NCBI GenBank assembly: GCA_037130655.1
Contig: JBAXSP010000003.1
Coordinates: 4,684 to 68,683, forward strand
Direction of reading: 5' to 3'
DNA length: 64,000 nucleotides
Source: a bacterium
GTDB taxonomy: Bacteria > Patescibacteriota > Minisyncoccia > Phycocordibacterales > UBA9973
In this document: in pieces, positions 31,201 to 38,889 of the stretch
Layout of the letters: every line of letters begins with the position of its first letter
Numbering within the stretch: position 1 is the first letter of the stretch
Notes under the pieces: generated by a model
The model's database searches: none
What the model saw: only the letters and a program-made list of their open reading frames with translations
What the model was told of the DNA's origin: nothing
Program-made: the position numbers and the translations under genes

Positions 31201-31963
31201 AAATGGTAATAGTGTTAGTTTTGCTGGTACCATGGGTTCTGCTGGAGGACTGACTAAGAATGGTTCAGGTACCTTGACGCTTACAGGAGTGACTACTCTT
31301 GGTAGTGATCTTACTATCTCTGCTGGTACCTTTGTAGCACCAACAACGCTAAATATAACTGGAGATTTTAACAACAGTGGTACATATACACACAGCAATG
31401 GGACGGTAACTTTTACTCCTGATATTACTGGAATAGTAAATTTCACTGGTAGTTCTAATACAACTTTTTATAATGCAACTGAAACTACTGCTGGCTCAAC
31501 TGTTCAATTTAAGGCAGGTAATACATATACGTTTGCCCATACCCTTACACTAACCGGTAGTAATGGAAACCCTATTTCAATAAATTCTGATACACCAAGT
31601 TCTCAATGGTTTATGACTTTATCAGGTTCTGCTTCTATTTCTTACGTAACAGTTCGAGATTCTGGCTGTAGTGGTGGTAATAATGTTTCAACAACAAGTA
31701 GTACTATATATAATTATGGTAATAATGGTTCGTGCTGGTCCTTTATAGTATTTGGTGGAGGTGGTGGTAGTAGTGAAGCGCCGGCGAGTTCACCAGATGC
31801 TCAGCAGGGCGGTGGTACCGGCGGCGGCAATGGAGGTGGTAATGATGGATCTAACACTGGCGGATCTAATGGCGGATCTAATGGCAGAGACAGTGGGGGG
31901 GATCTTGGATTTTTGTATCAAGAAAATAAATTAAATCGTTTCCGCACACTTCTCTATGTTTAA
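22214..31963 (+). CDS. Giant (3249 aa) secreted protein of autotransporter-associated beta-strand (PATR-like) repeats, no C-terminal beta-barrel
   Basis: Signal peptide ending RAEA; N-terminal TWTG....WS...NW.G..P..GD.L.F; dozens of L.K.G.G.L.LSG.NTY.G.T.I..GTL repeats; ends DSGC..GNNGSCW plus a Gly-rich tail. Confidence 0.85.
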   Translation: MNKSVTKIIKFSTIFFVVSFLFFGTTHRAEAATRTWTGTTSGAWSVASNWGGTAPVTGDDLVFPSGASNLSNTNDLTENTIFNSITFSGSGYTLSGNPIILGAGLAGITDSAASGGNTIALDVRLDVTRDIIVTNTAESLTISGRIAGVGGINKEGTGKLILSGANTFGGTLKINVGVVNARNDRALGTIAAGTEVVGGAALELQGTINIGYEALTLRGYGVSNTGALRNISNNNTFAGLITLVSAGGTEITSDSGTLTITGGMTGAFPLVIDGAGNVTFSTTPIATSTGTVTKNGVGTLTYNFPNTYTGLTTINTGTLAYGVDNAILSGAITVTGGTLDIGTYSDMVGTVTLGTLDLATGTITGTSGVLSSATYTVYNGTISAIIAGDVPGGTTQLTKSTVGTVTLTRPNQYTGAVLISLGILKIQNSTSLGTIDGATTVTAGATLQVDGSSLSVPEYITFSGTGHLYTGAIRNSTGNNTLTGLLTLGAAAMIKSDVSTTLTVDTKGLSVTTLGLSIAGDGNTTFTSSAPIYGTTATLTKDGAGTVTIQSFSNFTGTTTINGGVLNLNGSGAIPLSTTIAINAGATLTLDNSTTRVLDRIADTAAITMNGGNFNFTGSNTASTDVLETAGVLTAGIATQSGDNKITITPGSGGSSIMRFASLTRTAGSSLLFRGTSFGSTPGANISTLLFSTAPTLLGDDGAPNTPTLSIIPGAFGDSSLTGTGTDMVTYGQGNNNGLRLLNGAGFSGEYTTDLTITNANIKLTASTVASTSQINSLILSSSATITDAGSAQNITLTSGTILNLVSNATLAGANTTLTMASNVEGIIRTVSDVSLSAILATTGGVTKSGTGTLTIATAQTYTGLTSINEGTLLYGLNDSISSGNVTVNGGTFNIASFTDTVGAVILQKGTITGTSGVLTGTSYSFREGTVSAIIAGAVAVTRVATNTSSDSVVILSKNNTYSGATTITSGILKLGAAGDGINTPLGTTAGGTTIANIGALDLNGYTLSTAEAITSMNGLGFGPGATVANGNSNMGALMNSSNTAVSYSGAITLAAASRINADYGALTISSAISGAFTLTIGGFSNTELSGVIGSGAVAITKDGIGDLLLSNGNSSYTGVTTVSVGTLKIGAVSVGGTNSPLGTAGGATSITAGARLDLNGFSLGIAEPITNLNGVGYGLGDFASGAIINSSASAVTFTGLITLGSASTIKANSGDINLTAAGTITGSGFGLTLGGTGVGTISSIVGTGAGTVTKIDTGTWTLSGVSTYTGATAINLGTFKFGVSDTAGGGPLGTVAGATTVYSGAVLDLNGFLSSTLAEPLTINGRGISDGGALIGSNGTYTGTIALATDSRITNASGTMTVTGAVSGAFFLYVSGAGNVTFSTAIPTSGLSLTKQGAGTFTVTGTNLYTGETRIDAGTFAYAAGGTAVLAGTNLMMKGGTFNNATSVDTIGTVTLVGGTITNTATALTGTAYTLENGTISGVIAGAVAVTKNTNNTVTLSGVNTISSTITINAGTLTISGSGSATSVTGVTINLGGTLTLDNGTTAVADRLNGSGGTNAIVITMNGGNLNFIGNTSGTSAETMGQLLLSSGHNIVTVTPGAGGSTTLTFASNPGLSRTAGATVLFRGTSFGATPAANVSTLMFSNAPTLTGAGGAASSTTISVIKGAYGDSSLSGTGSDMVTYNVGNTNGLRLLNGAGFSGEYAGDLATANANVKLTADRVAVATNTNSLILNGFNITNPGGAITIPMSSASLAGNILINSATNIAGANTTLGITTFELNILATNTSTISAIIGTATTGSVTLSGTGNVTLSAANLYTGTTFINGATLTAGASNVISSGGVTIVGGTYNLAGNSDTVGALSINAGTITTGAGTLTGNGTFSTVANNNVTSIITGNLGLGANATFTINDGLMDNDALITAVISGAFTFAKAGSGVLELSGSNTYSGALTISGGTIRLGATGDATNTPLGTTAAGTTVSSGFSLDLNGYTLGTSEALTISGTGIGAFGALLNTSSTAVTYSGLITLGASATITSGYGDITLSNTGSMTGTGFALTLNGAGNGSLATQVNTSTAGSLVKNGSGVWTISGDGNYTGVTTVTAGTLKLGAAGGSTNNPLGTTGGATTVASGGILDLNGFTPGTSEPLTINGTGLTSNATVGALITSSGSSTSFNGPLTLGANARIANYGSGVFTLTGAISGNFALTTVTVGGITQSSASVWSGTGTLIKEGSGTLILAGQNTMSGAMTVSTGVLQLGASGGATNTPLGTNAGGVTVSSGAVLDLSTFNLGGASTYETLNLSGTGINNGGALTSSASSGTTNFGAMTVTANSRVVNSGAGTIAFTGTVTIANTINLGIGGSGPTTISGAYGASATTATLTKWDAGTLILSGINPVTGLYRVNGGTLKISDANSLAVAPVTVAGGTFDFNGVTDTIGIVSLISGTVTDSNGTPGILSIATNSIFESGTVSGVLSGTTLAIAKNTGGTVTFNKSNTYTGTTTINAGTIQYLASNIMADTSNITVTGGILDIGTNSDTVATVTLTSGAITGSSGILTGSSYAVTSGTISAILAGAVNLTKTTAGTVTLSGVNTYTGITTISGGTLSVATIGNGGAGGSNLGNASNAAANIVFNTGTGTLQYTGATASTDRAFTTTAAITMQFDITNPNTVLTWGGVGTTTTAPLTKIGQGTLKFSVAQGYTGLTTVLAGTLQYGASDTLSTGAVTVINGTFDINNFSDSVGIITLQNDGQIIDSGGTTAVLTTTGTMAAQSGTVSAVIGGSTATGITKSTSGRVILSGNNTFTSTAIALSAGYLNLRHNNALGASGTTLATTITSGAVLELQNTITLPSTKTITANGTGVNNSGAVRNILNSNAIGATVTLGSSNTRINSDSGTLTVAAVSGTATNLLVGGAGDIAITGAIATTSGTLAKDGVGTLTLTGTNTYTGTTTLTAGTTIANATAALGTGASSNTLIFNGGTLKASGTITSPSARAVTLTATAIIDTNGNSVSFAGTMGSAGGLTKNGSGTLTLTGVTTLGSDLTISAGTFVAPTTLNITGDFNNSGTYTHSNGTVTFTPDITGIVNFTGSSNTTFYNATETTAGSTVQFKAGNTYTFAHTLTLTGSNGNPISINSDTPSSQWFMTLSGSASISYVTVRDSGCSGGNNVSTTSSTIYNYGNNGSCWSFIVFGGGGGSSEAPASSPDAQQGGGTGGGNGGGNDGSNTGGSNGGSNGRDSGGDLGFLYQENKLNRFRTLLYV

Positions 31964-32043
31964 TAGTGGTATATTTGATTGCATCATGATAACTATTTGA
32001 TATAATGGTTTTATCAATAATTATTTATTAATATAGTACTTTT

Positions 32044-32469
32044 ATGGAAAACATCATTAAACAAAAATTTTCGAAAATTGCCTTATATGTTGTGCTAGTT
32101 ATCGCTGTTGTATTTGCTGTTTATTTTTATATTCAACTATATACACTTAAGAAAAATCCTCAAGCAATTTCACAAAAAGAAACAAGTGAACTGGTTTCAA
32201 AGGTTGGTAAATTGGTTTTTTTACCTAAAGATGAAGTCCCAACTATCGCTACCGTAACCGACCCTAATTTATTAAAAGAGCAGCCATTTTTTGTTAATGC
32301 TCAAAAAGGGGATAAGGTGTTGATCTATGCTCAATCAAAAAAAGCTATTTTGTATAGCGTTAGTTTGAATAAAGTTATTGATGTGGCACCACTAAATATC
32401 GGATCAAGTACAAAAACATCTACACCAACACCTACTCAAGAAACAACAGATACACCTGTAAAAAAATAA
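32044..32469 (+). CDS. Single-pass membrane protein of unknown function
   Basis: N-terminal TM; LP.DEVPTIATVTD...QPFF.NAQKGDKVLIY...KAILY domain; P/T-rich tail. Confidence 0.75.
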   Translation: MENIIKQKFSKIALYVVLVIAVVFAVYFYIQLYTLKKNPQAISQKETSELVSKVGKLVFLPKDEVPTIATVTDPNLLKEQPFFVNAQKGDKVLIYAQSKKAILYSVSLNKVIDVAPLNIGSSTKTSTPTPTQETTDTPVKK

Positions 32470-32511
32470 TATTGATGACAGTGCTTCATTCTGATATACT
32501 TTGATGTATCA

Positions 32512-33825
32512 ATGAACTTGTTTAGAAAAAAACACCATTTTAAAATAAGAACTAATGGAATTATTTCAATTAATTATTCCATTGTAATTATTTTTTCTTT
32601 GGTGTTTTTTTCTTTTTTTACTAATGTTTCATTTGTTTGGGCTCAAGATGTATTTACAAGCCCTGTTTTTACAAATTCATTAAACAATCAATCAAATGTA
32701 CAAATGTATATATCACCTAGAAATGGTAACTTTGTTACCGGTTCTATATTAGAAGTAGGTGTATACATAGATACAAAAAAAAATAGTATCAATACTGTTG
32801 ACCTAAAGGTTAATTTTGATCCAAAAAAATTAGCAGTAGCAAATCCTTCCGGTGGAAAATCTATATTTGATATTTGGGTAGAACCACCAACTTATGATAA
32901 TACAAAGGGTTTAATAACTATGAGCGGCATAATACCAGAAGGAATTGTTACTACCTCTGGACTTATCGCTAAAATGTCATTTAAAGTTCTTTCTGCTGGT
33001 TCGAGCACAATAACAATTAATAATGCTACAAATGTATATTTAAATGATGGCGCGGGAACAAAAGCAAACGTTTCTTTTGGTAGAGCTGAATTAGAATTTA
33101 CTAACCAGATTCCTGATGGGGTTGTAATACATTCAGACACGCATCCTTTTGAAGATAATTGGTATAATAATAACAATCCTATTTTTAGCTGGGATGATAA
33201 AAAAGATTCCAATGGGTATGCGACACTACTAGACAGTAATCCAAAAACAGTGCCTACAAATGAAATCACCACAAATAAGAACAACATGTCGTATACTGAC
33301 ATTGGTGATGGTACTTGGTACATGCATGTTAAGTCAAAAGAAGATCAAAGTTGGGGAAATACATCAAATTATAAAATTAATATAGATACTACTCCGCCAA
33401 AAAAATTTACTCCAACAATCAATACAATAACAGGCGATGGAAGGGATGAATACGTGTTAATGTTTGGTACAACGGATGATTTATCAGGTATCGATCATTA
33501 TGAAGTTGGTATATTAAAAAATAATCGCGACAAAAATACACTTCCTGTATTTATTCAAACAGAAAGTCCATACGTGTTACCTGTTGATAATAAAGAAAAC
33601 ATTAAAATTATAGTTAAAGCTTTTGATGTTGCTGGAAATGTAACAGAAGGATCAACGAGTTTGTACCCAAATAATAAAAATTGGTACATAGCTGGTTTGT
33701 TCTTTTTGATTTTGATACTACTTGTGTCGCACTATGTATTTGGACACCATGTCGGTCGCAATATTAAACGCGCGTATATTTTCTTTAAGAATATTTCTAA
33801 AAAAGATGAAAACAATCAATTTTAA
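32512..33825 (+). CDS. Cohesin-like domain + Ig-like domains + C-terminal TM anchor (cohesin protein 1)
   Basis: V.VYIDT...SINTVDLKVNFDPKKL....S.F..W...P.YDN.KG.I..SG..P.G......IA...FK....G...I......YLNDG.GT; later IDTTPP and SGIDHYEVG; C-terminal TM. Confidence 0.75.
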   Translation: MNLFRKKHHFKIRTNGIISINYSIVIIFSLVFFSFFTNVSFVWAQDVFTSPVFTNSLNNQSNVQMYISPRNGNFVTGSILEVGVYIDTKKNSINTVDLKVNFDPKKLAVANPSGGKSIFDIWVEPPTYDNTKGLITMSGIIPEGIVTTSGLIAKMSFKVLSAGSSTITINNATNVYLNDGAGTKANVSFGRAELEFTNQIPDGVVIHSDTHPFEDNWYNNNNPIFSWDDKKDSNGYATLLDSNPKTVPTNEITTNKNNMSYTDIGDGTWYMHVKSKEDQSWGNTSNYKINIDTTPPKKFTPTINTITGDGRDEYVLMFGTTDDLSGIDHYEVGILKNNRDKNTLPVFIQTESPYVLPVDNKENIKIIVKAFDVAGNVTEGSTSLYPNNKNWYIAGLFFLILILLVSHYVFGHHVGRNIKRAYIFFKNISKKDENNQF

Positions 33826-33898
33826 AATAAGAACTAATAGAATTATTTCAATTAATTATTCCATTGTAATTATTTTTTCTTTGGTGTTTTTTTCTTTT
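32537..33898 (+). repeat. 80-bp direct repeat encoding duplicated signal peptides
   Basis: 32537-32616 and 33819-33898 are identical except one g/a; both encode FKIRTN(G/R)IISINYSIVIIFSLVFFSF. Confidence 0.9.
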
Positions 33899-35185
33899 GC
33901 TTCTGCAGATTTTACAAGTACAAGTTATGAATTAGAAAATCCATCAACAGCTGTTATTGGGGGAGGGCAATCTTCGTCTGCTAGTTTCCAATATCTCTCA
34001 AATACTGGACAACTAAACGGAGGGCAAAGCACAAGTACTTCTTTTACTCAAAATGCTGGGTTTCTTTATTTCCCCTCAGCTACTTCACCAATTGTTTCTG
34101 CAACAGCAGGTAGTACACAAGTATCGCTTACATGGACAGCATCAACAGGAATTTTTGCAAGTGTTACAAGTTATGAGGTCGGGGTGAGTACTGCTTCTAG
34201 TGGGACATATACGTATACAAATGTTGGAAATGTCTTAAGTTCAATTAAAACTGGCCTTACCAATAATACGCCATATTTTTTTAAGATACGCACCTATGCT
34301 GCAGGAATTTTATTAACAGAATCTGCCGTTGTAAGTGCGACTCCTGTTGCGAGTAGTTCAAGCTCAAGCTCAAGTTCTGGTTCAGGTGGCAGTTCTGCTG
34401 GTTCAAGTGGTAGTGTCGGATCATTTAGTATTCCTAGTTCAGTAGACGCAACAGTAAATTTTACTGGACGAGCATATCCAAATAGTTCGGTCACACTCTT
34501 AAAAGATGCGCAAATTATTGCAACTACAGTTGCAGGTTCTGATGCAAGTTTTAGTATGCAATTGAATAATTTGTCTGTGGGGACATATGTTTTTAGTGTG
34601 TATTCTACAGACAAAGATGATGTACGTTCACCACTGCAGTCTTTCCCTATAACAGTAACAGCCGGTGTCACTGTCAACGTCGGTGGAATATTTATTGCAC
34701 CAACTATTTCCGGAGATAAATCACAGGTCAAACAAGGAGATAATATTACTTTTTTTGGACAAGCGGTTCCTCAAAGTGAAGTTACAATAGCGATTCATTC
34801 TAATCAAGAAATTTTCAAAAAAATTCAAACTGATAAAAATGGAGTATATTTACAAACCGTAGATACTTCGCCACTTGAAATAGGTGGACACAGCGCAAAA
34901 TCAAAAGTTGCATTTGATGGACAAATTAGTGCATACAGTGCCGGGTATAATTTTATAGTTGGTAATGATAATATAGAAACAGATAAGAATACAAAAAAAA
35001 TAAATAAAGGAGATTTAAACGGAGATAATAAAGTGAATCTTATTGACTTTTCTATCGCGGCTTTTTGGTACAAAAAAACAAACCTTAGTGATCAAATGAA
35101 AAACTATGAAAAAACAAGACTCAATGGCGATGGTAAAATTGATATCATTGACTTTAGTATCATGGCTTATTATTGGACTGGATAA
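33806..35185 (+). CDS. Secreted protein: FN3-like + Ser/Gly linker + two Ig-like domains + C-terminal dockerin-like (paired EF-hand) domain
   Basis: ATG 33806 overlaps the upstream gene; QVSLTW..Y...GLTNNTPYFF.I (FN3-like); GDLNGDNKVNLIDFSI...RLNGDGKIDIIDFSIMAYYW at 35009-35182; no TM anchor. Confidence 0.8.
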   Translation: MKTINFKIRTNRIISINYSIVIIFSLVFFSFASADFTSTSYELENPSTAVIGGGQSSSASFQYLSNTGQLNGGQSTSTSFTQNAGFLYFPSATSPIVSATAGSTQVSLTWTASTGIFASVTSYEVGVSTASSGTYTYTNVGNVLSSIKTGLTNNTPYFFKIRTYAAGILLTESAVVSATPVASSSSSSSSSGSGGSSAGSSGSVGSFSIPSSVDATVNFTGRAYPNSSVTLLKDAQIIATTVAGSDASFSMQLNNLSVGTYVFSVYSTDKDDVRSPLQSFPITVTAGVTVNVGGIFIAPTISGDKSQVKQGDNITFFGQAVPQSEVTIAIHSNQEIFKKIQTDKNGVYLQTVDTSPLEIGGHSAKSKVAFDGQISAYSAGYNFIVGNDNIETDKNTKKINKGDLNGDNKVNLIDFSIAAFWYKKTNLSDQMKNYEKTRLNGDGKIDIIDFSIMAYYWTG

Positions 35186-35188
35186 CAT

Positions 35189-36052
35189 ATGAAAAATTTA
35201 AAAATAACTACAATAATCTCATTTTTCATTCTCTTTTGCTGGGGAAGTTTTGCGCACGCTTCAACATTAGAAGTTGTTGTTAATAAGCAAAAAGTTCCAG
35301 TAAATGGTTTCTTGACCGCAACTATTATTCTTGATGCTGAAAATAACCCAATAAACACAATAGAAGGAACAGTTATATACGATAGCGGTTATTTGATACC
35401 TGAAAAAATTAGTATAGGAAATTCTTTTATAAGTTTTTGGATAGATAAACCTGTTATAAAAAACAACGGGATGATTCATTTTTCTGGAATCGTTCCTGGA
35501 GGAGTTGCTGTTTCAAAAGGTGAAGTTTTTTCTGTTTCTTTTAAAGCTTCACACAAAGGAGACGTGAGTTTATCTCTTCAAGATGTCAATCTTCTTTTAA
35601 ATGACGGACAAGGCACAAAAGATAAGACGAATGTTATCGATACCGCTATTAGTATTATCGATTCAACTGGTATTACCGATAATGAGCAAGTATCATCGGA
35701 CGATAAAAAAGAACCAGAAGATTTTTCAATTATTCGTACTCGAAATAGCGCTATATTTGATAATAAGTATTTTATTGTCTTTAGTACTCAAGATAAAGAG
35801 TCTGGTATTGATCATTATGAAATATGTGAATTTTTTGAAAAGAATTGTATTGTCGGTGAGAGTCCATATGAATTAAAACATCAAACTTTTTTGTACCGTA
35901 TTTTTGTAAAAGCGTATGATGCAGAAGGTAACGTCCGCAAAGAAGTGATTGTTTCACCGTGGTTAATTTTTGTATTTGTTATTTTTTTACTCGCGCTTTT
36001 GTTTGGTGTAGTAACATTCTATCGTCGATTTATTGCATATAATAAGTTATAA
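35189..36052 (+). CDS. Cohesin-like domain + small Ig-like domain + C-terminal TM (cohesin protein 2)
   Basis: INTIEGTVIYD..YL....I..GNS.ISFW...P......IHFSGIVPGG......F...FKA...G..........LLNDGQGT; SGIDHYE; C-terminal TM. Confidence 0.75.
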   Translation: MKNLKITTIISFFILFCWGSFAHASTLEVVVNKQKVPVNGFLTATIILDAENNPINTIEGTVIYDSGYLIPEKISIGNSFISFWIDKPVIKNNGMIHFSGIVPGGVAVSKGEVFSVSFKASHKGDVSLSLQDVNLLLNDGQGTKDKTNVIDTAISIIDSTGITDNEQVSSDDKKEPEDFSIIRTRNSAIFDNKYFIVFSTQDKESGIDHYEICEFFEKNCIVGESPYELKHQTFLYRIFVKAYDAEGNVRKEVIVSPWLIFVFVIFLLALLFGVVTFYRRFIAYNKL

Positions 36053-36059
36053 TATTTTT

Positions 36060-37529
36060 ATGCAAAAAAAAGTTTCAGTAAAAAAAAGTAAAAAAATATT
36101 TCAAATACTTTTTTTTGCATTTATTTTTTTACTTACATGCTCTGTTCAAAAAGTTAGTGCTGCAAAATTAGATGTGATACCTACTTTTGGTTCTGTTCAC
36201 GTGGGGGACAGTGTTAAGGTTCGTGTTGTTTTGTCGAGTGCAGATCAATCTGCAAATGCTGTTTCTAGTATTATTTCTTTTTCCAACGATGTTCTTACGT
36301 TAAATTCAATTTCAAAATCAGATTCTATAATCAGCCTTTGGCCCGTTGAACCATCATACTCAAATACAAAAGGTACTGTTTCTATAGAAGGGGTGATATT
36401 AAATGGATATAAAGGTTCAAATGGTGTAGTTATAACATTGTTTTTTAAGGCAAAAAATGAAGGAACTGCTTATATTAAGTTTGCTAATGCTTCTGTTCTT
36501 GCTAATGATGGGCAAGGAACACAAATACTTAAAACAACAGGTGATACACAATTTGATATAGATGCTATTACTGAGAAGAAGGAAGTCAGTTCTCCAAAAA
36601 ACACACCAATTGTTGCCGATGATGAAAACCCAACAGTTCAAATAGATGAAATAAAAAAGAAAGATGAATTAGATCCTCGGTCTAAATTTTTCATTACGAG
36701 TGTTGCTAAAAAAAACAACACTTCATATAAAATAGAAATAGATAATGTGCCTTATGTTTGGGACGACACAGGCGATCATCTTTTTGAAACAATACCACTT
36801 TCGAAAGGCATGCACACAATAAAAGTGTCCATTGAAACAATTGATGGAGACAGTATTTCTAAAACTCTTTCTTTTAACAATACAGGAATAACCAGTCCAA
36901 TTTTTACTGACTACTCTAATTCAGTGAATGAAGATGAGTATATTGTCGTCAAAGGTAAGGCTGACCCACTTACTTACGTGGTAATTAGTTATGATGCAAT
37001 AGACACAGAAGGTAAAACAAAACACGAATCTTCTACTGTTAAGTCAGACAAAGAAGGTCTGTTTACGTATGTTTCTGAAAATAGATTATCAAAAGGTGTG
37101 TATATGATTTCAGCAATAGCCAGAACTGATTCAGGTATAGAAAGTGAAAAGACTGCAACGATAAGAATAGTAGTTCAAGAAAACATAAAAGGTGTTTTTG
37201 ATAAATTCACTAATTTTTTCTACTTCGCAATACCTGTTATAGGATTATTGATATTAGTTCTTATTCTCATAATATATGGATGGCACTATTTGTTGCATTA
37301 CCGAAATCGTATGCATAAAAAACTTCACGACGCCAAGCTAATTATCAATAAAAGCTTTTCTATTCTAGAAGAAGACCTTGATGAAGAGATTAAAATCTTC
37401 AAAAAAATAAAATCAACACAACCTTTGTCTGAAGATGAGAGATCTTTCATTAATCAATTCAAAAAGGATATAGAAGCAGCAGAACGTACTATTGTAAATG
37501 AAATAAAAGACTCAGATAAAGATATATAA
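36060..37529 (+). CDS. Cohesin-like domain + Ig-like domains + TM + cytoplasmic coiled-coil tail (cohesin protein 3)
   Basis: VGD.V.V.V...S.DQS.NAVS..I.F..D.L...SISK..SII.LW..EPSYSN..G.V..EG..LNG......IT..FKA...G.A...F..ASVLANDGQGT; ~80-aa charged helical tail after the TM. Confidence 0.75.
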   Translation: MQKKVSVKKSKKIFQILFFAFIFLLTCSVQKVSAAKLDVIPTFGSVHVGDSVKVRVVLSSADQSANAVSSIISFSNDVLTLNSISKSDSIISLWPVEPSYSNTKGTVSIEGVILNGYKGSNGVVITLFFKAKNEGTAYIKFANASVLANDGQGTQILKTTGDTQFDIDAITEKKEVSSPKNTPIVADDENPTVQIDEIKKKDELDPRSKFFITSVAKKNNTSYKIEIDNVPYVWDDTGDHLFETIPLSKGMHTIKVSIETIDGDSISKTLSFNNTGITSPIFTDYSNSVNEDEYIVVKGKADPLTYVVISYDAIDTEGKTKHESSTVKSDKEGLFTYVSENRLSKGVYMISAIARTDSGIESEKTATIRIVVQENIKGVFDKFTNFFYFAIPVIGLLILVLILIIYGWHYLLHYRNRMHKKLHDAKLIINKSFSILEEDLDEEIKIFKKIKSTQPLSEDERSFINQFKKDIEAAERTIVNEIKDSDKDI

Positions 37530-37533
37530 TTAT

Positions 37534-38847
37534 ATGTTTATTACACTTACAAAAAAATATATTTCAATACTGTTGTTAATTTGTTTTTATTTTTCAACTG
37601 CTTCAGCTGGAGAAATGATAAATTTGGATGCTTCAAATTTGGTTGCTCGTTCAGAAATAACAGTTACGCCGAATCAGGCGAGTTTTATAGAGGGCTCTAT
37701 TTTTGATGTGCCTGTTGTGATAAATACAAAAGGAAGGAGTATCAATGCCATTGATTTAAAAATAAACTTTGATCCCAAAAGACTAAGTATTATAAGGCCA
37801 TCAACAGGTAAATCAATTATTGGATTATGGATACAACCACCCTCGTATGACAATACGAAAGGAGTAGTAAGTATTGTAGGTAGTATTCCTGGTGGTATCA
37901 TCTCAGACGCAAGTATCATTAGCACGCTAACATTTCAAGCAAAGGCAACAGGGGTTGCAGAAGTAAGAATAAATGATAGTTCATCAGTACTCGCTAATGA
38001 TGGAGTTGGAACAACAGTTATTTTAAGTTCCAACAGAGGTATATATACCATTCTCCCGAAACCTCCAAGTGGCTTGAATGTATATTCAGATACACATCAA
38101 TTTCAAGATCATTGGTACAACAACAATAGTCCTACTTTTTCTTGGAACAAAGATCCTGGTGTGATTGGTTTTAGTTATATCCTCGACGACAAACCAAATA
38201 CAATACCTGATAACAAAAATAGTACAACTGAATCAGTAAAATCATATGAGAATATATCAGACGGTTTGATGTATTTTCATATCAAAGCATTAAAAGATAA
38301 AAATACATGGGGAAGCACAACACATTATTTATTACGAATTGATACAAAGCCACCAGCTCTGTTTACTCCAAAAGTTGATTATATTATTAATGATGATGGC
38401 ACAAAACGTGCGCTTGTGAGTTTTTTTACATCAGATAATATGTCAGGTATTGACCATTATGAAGTTGGGGTTATTGAAAAAAATCAACCAACAACAGTCA
38501 CTCCTATTTTTGTTAGAACAGAAAGTCCCTATGAAGTACCAAGTGCATCAATAGATGGATCTGTTGTTGTTGTCAGGGCGTATGATTTGGCTGGCAACAG
38601 TGTCGATTCAAAAATTACTCTTCATATGCCCGGAAAACTGCTTTATTGGATTGAGGGTCACGCAACAATACTTTTATTAATTCTTTTGTTGTTAGTGGTT
38701 GCATTTGCGACAACTCACTACTTGTTGGGTCATAAAATTCTAAAAAGAATTAGATTGATTTCTCGTCTTTTGAATAAAAATGATACTGAAAATACACAAG
38801 AATTTTCAAAAGAGGTGAGTTCTATTGAATCAATCAAGGATATATAG
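37534..38847 (+). CDS. Cohesin-like domain + Ig-like domains + C-terminal TM (cohesin protein 4; paralogue of 32512..33825)
   Basis: SINAIDLKINFDPKRL, SSVLANDGVGT, SDTH.F.D.WYNNN.P.FSW, IDT.PP, SGIDHYEVG, TESPY and HY..GH shared with protein 1. Confidence 0.75.
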   Translation: MFITLTKKYISILLLICFYFSTASAGEMINLDASNLVARSEITVTPNQASFIEGSIFDVPVVINTKGRSINAIDLKINFDPKRLSIIRPSTGKSIIGLWIQPPSYDNTKGVVSIVGSIPGGIISDASIISTLTFQAKATGVAEVRINDSSSVLANDGVGTTVILSSNRGIYTILPKPPSGLNVYSDTHQFQDHWYNNNSPTFSWNKDPGVIGFSYILDDKPNTIPDNKNSTTESVKSYENISDGLMYFHIKALKDKNTWGSTTHYLLRIDTKPPALFTPKVDYIINDDGTKRALVSFFTSDNMSGIDHYEVGVIEKNQPTTVTPIFVRTESPYEVPSASIDGSVVVVRAYDLAGNSVDSKITLHMPGKLLYWIEGHATILLLILLLLVVAFATTHYLLGHKILKRIRLISRLLNKNDTENTQEFSKEVSSIESIKDI

Positions 38848-38851
38848 CACA

Positions 38852-38889
38852 ATAAAAAAAACACTCTCAACACAAGAGTGTTTTTTTAT
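38852..38889 (+). terminator. Intrinsic terminator ending the cohesin/dockerin cluster
   Basis: aaaaaaacactct-caacaca-agagtgttttttt. Confidence 0.75.

Noticed and set aside
22486-31446. Many minus-strand ORFs within the 3249-aa gene
   Set aside because: Same shadow effect; no independent motifs or expression signals.
31895-31901. G7 tract as a phase-variation switch near the end of the giant gene
   Set aside because: The tract is short, and the other frames stop within a few dozen codons without revealing an anchor or barrel domain.
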